From the NCBI GenBank assembly GCA_050184605.1, contig JBFXAE010000004.1:217723-281722 (forward strand): a stretch of 64,000 bases of DNA, given 5' to 3'. The translations under genes and the position numbers were made by a program. The notes below the pieces were generated by a model, which was not told the origin of the DNA, searched no databases, and saw only the letters and a program-made list of their open reading frames with translations. Shown here piece by piece: positions 58,075 through 64,000 of this stretch. How positions within the stretch are numbered: the first letter of the stretch is position 1; each line of letters opens with the position of its first letter. The DNA is from Hyphomonadaceae bacterium (lineage in GTDB: Bacteria; Pseudomonadota; Alphaproteobacteria; Caulobacterales; Aquidulcibacteraceae).

Positions 58075-58917
58075 CTACCGCCGGCGCGGCGGTTCGGGTG
58101 GAGCGGGGGGCGCCGGCGGCTCCGGCGGCGGCGCAGGCGGCTCGAACCGGACCCGGCCATCGCCATTGGCGTCGCTGGCGTCGAAGAAACGCAGATGCTG
58201 GGCCACGAACTCTTCGCGGCTCAGAGCCCCGTCGCCGTTGCGGTCGGCTTCCTCGGAGTTCGCGATCAGCATCATGAAGGGCACGGCCGGAACCGGCGGC
58301 ACTGGCGGGATCGGCGGCACGGGCGCGACAGCGCCTTCGAGCGATGTCCATGAGCCGCCCTCGCCATCGCCACTGCGAATGATGATCACATCGCGATCGC
58401 CATCGCGGAAGCGCTGAACGTGGCGCTCGGCCCGTTCGGCGTCGCGCTCGGCACGCTCAGCGGCGCGCTCGGCCAACCGTTCAGCTCTCTCCGCGGCGCG
58501 TTCGGCGTCACGTTCAGCCCGTTCGATGTGAATCTCGGCTCGCTGCATTGCTTCTTCAATTTCGCGCTCGATGCGCGCTTCGGTTTCCGGGTCGAGGTCG
58601 CCGGTGATGACGCGCACATCGCCGTCGCCGTGGCCGCCGCGGAAGACGCGGACGTTCGGCGCATCAACGCGAACGCGGATGTCGCGGCGGTCGGCGCTGT
58701 CGAGGCGGCCGTCATTATTGGTGTCGAGCTCGCTGAAAATGCGTTCATACGCGGAAGCCGCCTCGGCGCGCGTGATCCAGCCGTCTTCGTTGGCGTCGAT
58801 GCGGCTGATCGAGTCGCTGTCGCCGTGGATGATGACGTGCCGGCTGGTGGATTGGGCGCTGGCGGCGGCCACGGTTAACGCCGCGGCCGCGATGCCCAGG
58901 GCGATTGGAAGCTTCAT
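58075..58917 (-). CDS. Secreted EF-hand calcium-binding-motif protein with Glu/Arg-rich coiled coil and Pro-rich segments
   Basis: Signal peptide ..AASA/QS. DxDxDG-type loops (DANEDGWITRAE, DTNNDGRLD, DRNGDGALSREE, DANGDGRV). ERAERDAERAAERAERLAERAAERAERDAERAERH repeats. Confidence 0.8.
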   Translation of the reverse strand: MKLPIALGIAAAALTVAAASAQSTSRHVIIHGDSDSISRIDANEDGWITRAEAASAYERIFSELDTNNDGRLDSADRRDIRVRVDAPNVRVFRGGHGDGDVRVITGDLDPETEARIEREIEEAMQRAEIHIERAERDAERAAERAERLAERAAERAERDAERAERHVQRFRDGDRDVIIIRSGDGEGGSWTSLEGAVAPVPPIPPVPPVPAVPFMMLIANSEEADRNGDGALSREEFVAQHLRFFDASDANGDGRVRFEPPAPPPEPPAPPAPPEPPRRR

Positions 58918-59065
58918 GTCTTTCCCCTCTTGGCCCGCCGTGCGGGCTGAACATGAGGCGGACCATGAGACTGCTTCGTTTCCCCAGTACGTCAGCGCTG
59001 AAACATTGCCGAAACAGTGCGTCCGTATCTGTCATGCCACGCTAACCGGCTGCGGGAGCCCTTGA

Positions 59066-60163
59066 ATGAGAACGAAATTCGCCTCGGTGGCGCTTGCTGC
59101 GGCGCTCTTTGCGGGGCCAGCGTTAGGCCAGGACGACGGGCCGCCGCGCCCGCAACTGCCGCCCTTGGCGCTCAATCCGCAGATGACCGACGGACAGATC
59201 CGGACCGCGCTTGGTCCTTGGCTCGCCGGTCTCAACCGTGACGGCGTCTTCAACGGCGCCATCCTGGTGGCGCGAAACGGGGAGGAGATTTATGCAGGCG
59301 TCCACGGGGTGCGGGATGTCGAAACCAATGCGCCGCTCAACCTCGACGATCGCTTTGGCATCGCTTCGATCGGCAAGGCATTCACACATGTCGCGGTCGC
59401 CCAGCTCATCCAGCAAGGGCGGCTGACGCCGGAAACGACGATCGCCGACGTCTTGCCAGACTATCCGAATGCTGTGTCGCGCACCGCCACCGTCGCGCAA
59501 TTGCTCGGACATCGCGCCGGAATCGCGGACTTCTTCGGGCCGGCGACGCGCGATGTGCCAAAGGCGCAGTTTTCTTCGAACCACGCGTACTTTGAAATCG
59601 TCAGCCGGCTCGAGCCGATGTTCGCGCCGGGCGCGGGCCAGGAATACTGCAACGGCTGCTATGTCGTGCTGGCCGAGATGGTCGAGCGTGTAAGCGGCCA
59701 GCCTTACGAGCAATATATCGCAGAGCATGTCTTTGCAGCGGCGGGCATGCAGCGCTCAGGCTTTTTGCGCCACGATCAGCTCCCGGCCGACGCCGCGCGC
59801 TTCCTTGGCCGTCCCCGTGGACCGGACTCGCCGCTTCAAGACGTAACGCGCTTTCATGGCGTGGCTGGGAGTGGCGCTGGCAACGCCTATTCGACGGTGC
59901 GCGATATGCTTGCCTTCGACAATGCGCTGCGCGAGCACCGGCTGCTCAACGCCGAAATGACAGCGCAAGTTCTCCGCAGTCAGCCAGAAGCGGGGCGCGC
60001 CACCGCCCGCATTGGTTTCGCCGGCGGGGCGCCAGGCGTGAGCACCCTTCTGTTCGGCAATGGCGCATGGACTGTGATTGTGCTGACCAATCTCGATGAA
60101 CCTGCCGGCGAGACCATCGGCTCAACAGTGTTTCCTCTGTTGGCGGGGCCAAGGCCGCAATAA
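59066..60163 (+). CDS. Exported serine hydrolase (beta-lactamase/PBP4-like family)
   Basis: Signal peptide. SIGKAF contains the SxxK nucleophile motif. Confidence 0.8.
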   Translation: MRTKFASVALAAALFAGPALGQDDGPPRPQLPPLALNPQMTDGQIRTALGPWLAGLNRDGVFNGAILVARNGEEIYAGVHGVRDVETNAPLNLDDRFGIASIGKAFTHVAVAQLIQQGRLTPETTIADVLPDYPNAVSRTATVAQLLGHRAGIADFFGPATRDVPKAQFSSNHAYFEIVSRLEPMFAPGAGQEYCNGCYVVLAEMVERVSGQPYEQYIAEHVFAAAGMQRSGFLRHDQLPADAARFLGRPRGPDSPLQDVTRFHGVAGSGAGNAYSTVRDMLAFDNALREHRLLNAEMTAQVLRSQPEAGRATARIGFAGGAPGVSTLLFGNGAWTVIVLTNLDEPAGETIGSTVFPLLAGPRPQ

Positions 60164-60164
60164 T

Positions 60165-60884
60165 ATGGCGCTCATGAACGAAACCGCACAGCCGCCGCGC
60201 GTCCTTATCGTCGATGACGACGCCGCCATCCGTGACGGATTGGTGGAGGTGTTTCAGCGCGCGGGCTTTGCCGCGTCCTCGGCCGGGGACGTACCGGCGA
60301 TGGAGAAGGTGCTGAACACGAAAGGTGCGGACGTGATCGTGCTCGACGTGATGATGCCGGGGGAGGATGGGCTCTCCGCCTGTAAGCGTCTCTCCGGCAA
60401 AGGCCGGCCCGCGATCATCATGCTTTCGGCTTTAGGCGATGACGCAGATCGTATCGTCGGCCTTGAGATCGGCGCTGATGATTACATGTCAAAGCCGTGC
60501 AATCCGCGTGAACTGGTGGCGCGCGCCAAGGCCGTGCTGCGCCGGCGCGACAACGACAGCGCGGCGCCGGGCGAGAGCGTGCGGTTCGCTGGCTTCCGCA
60601 TCGATATTGCACGCCGCGAATTGATTGATCCGGATGATGTCGTCATTCCGCTTTCAGCTGGCGAGTTCCGGCTATTGCGTGCATTTGTCGAACGGCCGCA
60701 GCGCGTGCTCTCGCGTGAGCAGCTGCTGGACTACGCCTTCGACAATGACAGCGACGTGTTCGACCGCGCCGTTGACGTTCAAGTCTCGCGCTTGCGCCGC
60801 AAGCTGGAGCGTCCGGGCGGCATTGAGATGATCCGCACGGTCCGGGGTGAGGGGTATCTGTTCGCGGTGAAGCCGACATCCTGA
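60165..60884 (+). CDS. OmpR/PhoB-family response regulator
   Basis: Trimmed to MALMNETAQPPRVLIVDDD. Receiver domain plus winged-helix output (LSAGEFRLLRAFVERPQRVLSREQLL..VDVQVSRLRRKLE..IRTVRGEGY). Confidence 0.88.
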   Translation: MALMNETAQPPRVLIVDDDAAIRDGLVEVFQRAGFAASSAGDVPAMEKVLNTKGADVIVLDVMMPGEDGLSACKRLSGKGRPAIIMLSALGDDADRIVGLEIGADDYMSKPCNPRELVARAKAVLRRRDNDSAAPGESVRFAGFRIDIARRELIDPDDVVIPLSAGEFRLLRAFVERPQRVLSREQLLDYAFDNDSDVFDRAVDVQVSRLRRKLERPGGIEMIRTVRGEGYLFAVKPTS

Positions 60885-62773
60885 TGCGTGAAGCCCGCGG
60901 CCTCCCGATTGCAGCCTATCTCGGCATACTGGTGGCGCTCGCCCTGGCGGCGGCCTTTGTCGCGACCCTGGCGATCGTTATCTTCCTGCCGCCGCGTCCG
61001 CCTGATGTGATGCGCACGGATATCGTCACCGACAATTTCCAGGCCGGATACGATCACATGATCGCGCTCAATCGGCCGATGAACGAACGGGGCATGATTT
61101 GGTCGATCCGCGCCGAGCCGCCGGAAGAGGTGGACTCGGCGGCGATGACGCCCGTGCAGCATCAGCTCGCCGCCGCCTTGGAACTCGATCCCGATCAGGT
61201 CCGCATTCGAGCCGCGAACGTTGTGCAGAGCGATACATTCGTCTTCCGTGTCGCGGAGTTGGAAAATTGGACGGAAGCGTCGCAGCAAGCGGTTGAAGAC
61301 GCGCAGGCTGCAGCGGACGAGGCGCGCCGCGCTCACGAAGAAGCAGTCGAGCGGCTCGAAGCCGCGCGCGAGCGGATTGACGACCTTGAGCGCGATCGAG
61401 AGGAGATGAACTCTCATCAGCTTGCTCTCGAAGTCAGTCGTGAACGCGAGCGCGAGCGCCGCGAAGCGCGCGCAGAGGCGATGGCGGAGCGCCAGGCGGC
61501 TGCCGCCGAACGCCTCGCGGAGCGGCTTGAGCAGCGCATCCGCGTAGAGGGCGGACGCGTCATCATTCGCCGTAGCAATGGCGAGACCGATACGGTCGAA
61601 ATTCACGGGCCCGATGGCGAGGTCCAGAACTTCGAAGTGCCAAGCTCGGAATTCAGAGTCGATGTGCCGACCGTGGTCTTGCCGACGCCGCCGGTTGCGC
61701 CGCCGGCGCCGTCAGCGCAAACGCCGCGCGTCACGCCGGTCGAGCGCGCTGAGCCGCCCGCACGCTCCGTCCCGGCGCCGGTTCCGACCCCGCGCGTCGC
61801 ACCGGCGCCGCCAATGCCGCCTATGTTTGCGCCGGCGCCGGAAGGCGTGGTGCTGATCTCCGGCTTCGAGATTGGCGCGCAACTGCCCGATGGTCGTTGG
61901 CTAGTGATGAGCCAAGGCCGCAACTGGGCCGAACTCGGTTGGATCGCACGCGCGGCCGGGATCATTGGCGGTACGCTTTTGGTGCTGCTGGTGCTCGCGG
62001 TGTTATTTGCGCGTTATTTGACACGCCCGATCCGCAGCTTCTCGGACGCCGTGCAAGCCGTCGGCGTCAATCCTCAGAGCGAGCCGGTGGTTGAGGAGGG
62101 GCCGCAAGAGCTTCGTGGCGCCGCGCGCGCGGTGAATACCATGCAAGCGCGCTTGCGGGCGTTGATCGCCGACCGAACCAAAACACTCGCTGCTGTAGCG
62201 CATGACATGCGCACGCCGCTGATGCGCCTGCGCTTGGCGGCCGAGAATTCGCCGCCGGAGCAGCGTGAGAGAATGGCCAAGGAGATCGGCGAAGTTGAAG
62301 CGCTGGTGGCGAGTTTCATCGCCTTCGCCCGAGATGATCCGGCGGAAGAGGCGCGGGTGCGCCTCGATCTCGCGGCGTTGCTTCAGAGCATCGCCGACGA
62401 TCATGCCGATCACAAACGCAGCGTCTCGTTTGAGGGCGTGGACCGTCTCATCATCACTGGCCAGTCGCTCGGCCTGAAGCGCCTGTTCGCCAACTTGGTC
62501 GAGAATGCTCTGAAGTACGGCGACGCGGCGCGCATCAAACTGCGCGCCGAAGAGGGCGTCGTGGTCATCGATATCGAGGACAATGGCCCCGGCATCCCCG
62601 CCGACCAGCGCGAGGCTGTGTTTGAGCCGTTCGTGCGGCTGAACGAGGAAGGCACCCGGGGCGCCGGGCTTGGCTTGGCCGCTGCACGCTCGATTGCCCG
62701 GGCCCACGGCGGCGATATCGTCATCCTCGATTCGGAGAACGGCGCGCTGATCCGAGTCACGCTGCCGGGTTGA
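60884..62773 (+). CDS. Sensor histidine kinase with an unusually long Glu/Arg-rich and Pro-rich periplasmic region
   Basis: TGATG overlap with the regulator gene. Two TM helices, HAMP domain, H-box AHDMRTPL, N-box ENALKYG, G-boxes DNGPGI and GAGLGL. Confidence 0.88.
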   Translation: MREARGLPIAAYLGILVALALAAAFVATLAIVIFLPPRPPDVMRTDIVTDNFQAGYDHMIALNRPMNERGMIWSIRAEPPEEVDSAAMTPVQHQLAAALELDPDQVRIRAANVVQSDTFVFRVAELENWTEASQQAVEDAQAAADEARRAHEEAVERLEAARERIDDLERDREEMNSHQLALEVSRERERERREARAEAMAERQAAAAERLAERLEQRIRVEGGRVIIRRSNGETDTVEIHGPDGEVQNFEVPSSEFRVDVPTVVLPTPPVAPPAPSAQTPRVTPVERAEPPARSVPAPVPTPRVAPAPPMPPMFAPAPEGVVLISGFEIGAQLPDGRWLVMSQGRNWAELGWIARAAGIIGGTLLVLLVLAVLFARYLTRPIRSFSDAVQAVGVNPQSEPVVEEGPQELRGAARAVNTMQARLRALIADRTKTLAAVAHDMRTPLMRLRLAAENSPPEQRERMAKEIGEVEALVASFIAFARDDPAEEARVRLDLAALLQSIADDHADHKRSVSFEGVDRLIITGQSLGLKRLFANLVENALKYGDAARIKLRAEEGVVVIDIEDNGPGIPADQREAVFEPFVRLNEEGTRGAGLGLAAARSIARAHGGDIVILDSENGALIRVTLPG

Positions 62774-63535
62774 TTATTCGCTCCCGCGAAAGCGTCCGTC
62801 GCCTTCTTCAGTGACGAGCACGACGTTCGGATTCTCCGGCGCTTGGTTCTCGAACAAACCAATGTCGAGTTCGGCCTGTGGCGCTTGGCCCTTGAGCGGC
62901 GCAGCCACACGCTCGGCCAGTTCGATCCGTTCGATTGGCGCCAACGGCGCGGCGACGCCTGGTGCGTGCATGGGGCGCCAGTAAAGGAGCGAGATCGCGA
63001 ACTTGCCTTCGCGCTCGACAATCTCTGCAAGTCCGTTGCGGACGACGTCGCCCCAACGTTTCAAGAGCTGCTTGTGGTCGGCGTAAAGCTTTGGCAGCAC
63101 CTCACTCGCGAGTTCAGCAGGGGCGCCAAGCAGTGCGCGCGCTTCTTCCGGTGTTCGCGCGTGGCCGAGCGGTTTTTTCGCCGCGGCGGCGCCTGTTCGC
63201 GCAACCGGCGCGGGGGGAGCAGGACGCCAATAGCGCATCGTCACGCGCCAGAAGCCGTCACGCCAAAGCAGTTCGTAGAGCCCCGTACCGTACAAATCTG
63301 GCACAGCGTCTTCCGCCGCTTGAGGCGTTTCAAATTGCTCCGGGAGTTCCTCAACGGCGAGGAACACAGGCCCGCCCGCCAGGGTGGTAGCCTCGTCCTC
63401 AGTCCGCACGCGCGGCGCGTTCGGATCGCGCGCCGCGGCGAGGTTCGCCGCCAGGGGGAAAATGCTCATGTCGTGCCGATAGCGGCCTTCTCCACGGACG
63501 TCCTCCGACTTCGCCTTGTCATCGGGGGCCGCCAA
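62774..63535 (-). CDS. Hypothetical protein with an internal repeat (..LLWRDGFWRVTMRYWRP / ..AISLLYWRP)
   Basis: Only coherent frame in this interval. The start is uncertain (TTG at 63535 or ATG at 63469). I recognise no family. Confidence 0.45.
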   Translation of the reverse strand: MAAPDDKAKSEDVRGEGRYRHDMSIFPLAANLAAARDPNAPRVRTEDEATTLAGGPVFLAVEELPEQFETPQAAEDAVPDLYGTGLYELLWRDGFWRVTMRYWRPAPPAPVARTGAAAAKKPLGHARTPEEARALLGAPAELASEVLPKLYADHKQLLKRWGDVVRNGLAEIVEREGKFAISLLYWRPMHAPGVAAPLAPIERIELAERVAAPLKGQAPQAELDIGLFENQAPENPNVVLVTEEGDGRFRGSE

Positions 63536-63579
63536 GCTAACGTCTCAGTGTCCTAGAATTTAGGTGGGGAGTTCAAGCG

Positions 63580-64000
63580 ATGACGCAACGCCGGTGGAGC
63601 CTGGCAGCCCTCGCGTTTGCGCCAATTCTCGCATTAGGCGCTTGCGACCAGCTCGGCGGCATCTGGGAGCGTATGACCGGAGGCGCTGGCGTCGAAGAGC
63701 CGGGCCCCGTGCCGATGGACGATGTGCCGCTCGAAGCGCGCGCGCTCTCCGGCGCGGTGCAACCGCAAGCGGAGATGGCCGCGCTCCTTGCGCCTGATCC
63801 GGTGCTGATCGCGCCGGGGCAGATCCTGATCGGCGCTCAGGTTGAGCGCGAGCTTTCTGAAGCGGCGACGGATATGGGCCTTGCCTCGAACTTCGCCCGC
63901 GCCGTGCGCACTGAGGGCGTCCAGGCGTTGGAGCAATTGCCGGAGAATGTGGCGGCGCAATTGCGTACGCGCGCGGAAACGGAAGCCTCAGCGATCGCCA
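63580..64000 (+). CDS. Hypothetical lipoprotein, 3'-truncated by the window edge
   Basis: MTQRRWSLAAALAFAPILALGAC-type reading: ATG at 63580 after GGTGGGGAG, lipobox LALGAC. The frame stays open to base 64000 and is not in the ORF track because it has no stop. Confidence 0.5.
   Translation, partial: MTQRRWSLAALAFAPILALGACDQLGGIWERMTGGAGVEEPGPVPMDDVPLEARALSGAVQPQAEMAALLAPDPVLIAPGQILIGAQVERELSEAATDMGLASNFARAVRTEGVQALEQLPENVAAQLRTRAETEASAIA

Noticed and set aside
63564-63797. 77-aa track ORF (MGSSSDDATPVEPG...).
   Set aside because: It is Arg-rich and lacks an SD. The overlapping frame starting at 63580 has an SD, a lipoprotein signal peptide and stays open to the window end.

Overview
High-GC alphaproteobacterial chromosomal segment. 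Lineage markers are ChpT, an ELM1-family protein, DUF2141, a PA0069-type radical SAM protein and an alpha-2-macroglobulin/PbpC pair. I support about 60 protein genes, most of them housekeeping or envelope-related: rpoC 3' part, aspartate aminotransferase, trxB, greA, carB, dps, beta-carbonic anhydrase, a KefB-like antiporter, an acyl-CoA ligase and a PLP decarboxylase. I found no rRNA, tRNA, CRISPR, transposase, integrase or prophage genes. Many long ORFs in the supplied track are Arg/Ala-rich shadow frames antisense to real genes, and I discarded them. Several track ORFs start too far upstream, and I trimmed them to the ATG that has a Shine-Dalgarno (SD) sequence. The most unusual content is absent from the ORF track because the genes are too short. 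A tandem array of four paralogous mini-genes lies on the minus strand at 56951-57925, with a fifth unlinked copy at 11410-11502. Each encodes a 30-33 aa peptide that looks like a Sec signal peptide with an A-x-A cleavage site, followed by a conserved 10-residue tail ending Q-A-A-[Q/L]-I-V-A. Each array copy has its own SD and its own rho-independent terminator. All four share an upstream bipartite motif, GCATCC-N16-GCATC, with exact 22-bp phasing. The array lies next to a secreted EF-hand protein, a serine hydrolase and an OmpR/HK two-component pair, and the kinase sensor domain shares a module with the EF-hand protein. Secondary observations are a four-helix-bundle (IVS-type) gene bracketed by ~30-bp inverted repeats, a TIR-like/TonB-C fusion protein, an SPFH-RHH-CPBP operon with a perfect 16-bp palindrome, REP-like palindromic elements bracketing a decarboxylase gene, a parE remnant in an ~850-bp gene-free stretch, and a folB-SDR-folB pterin cluster.
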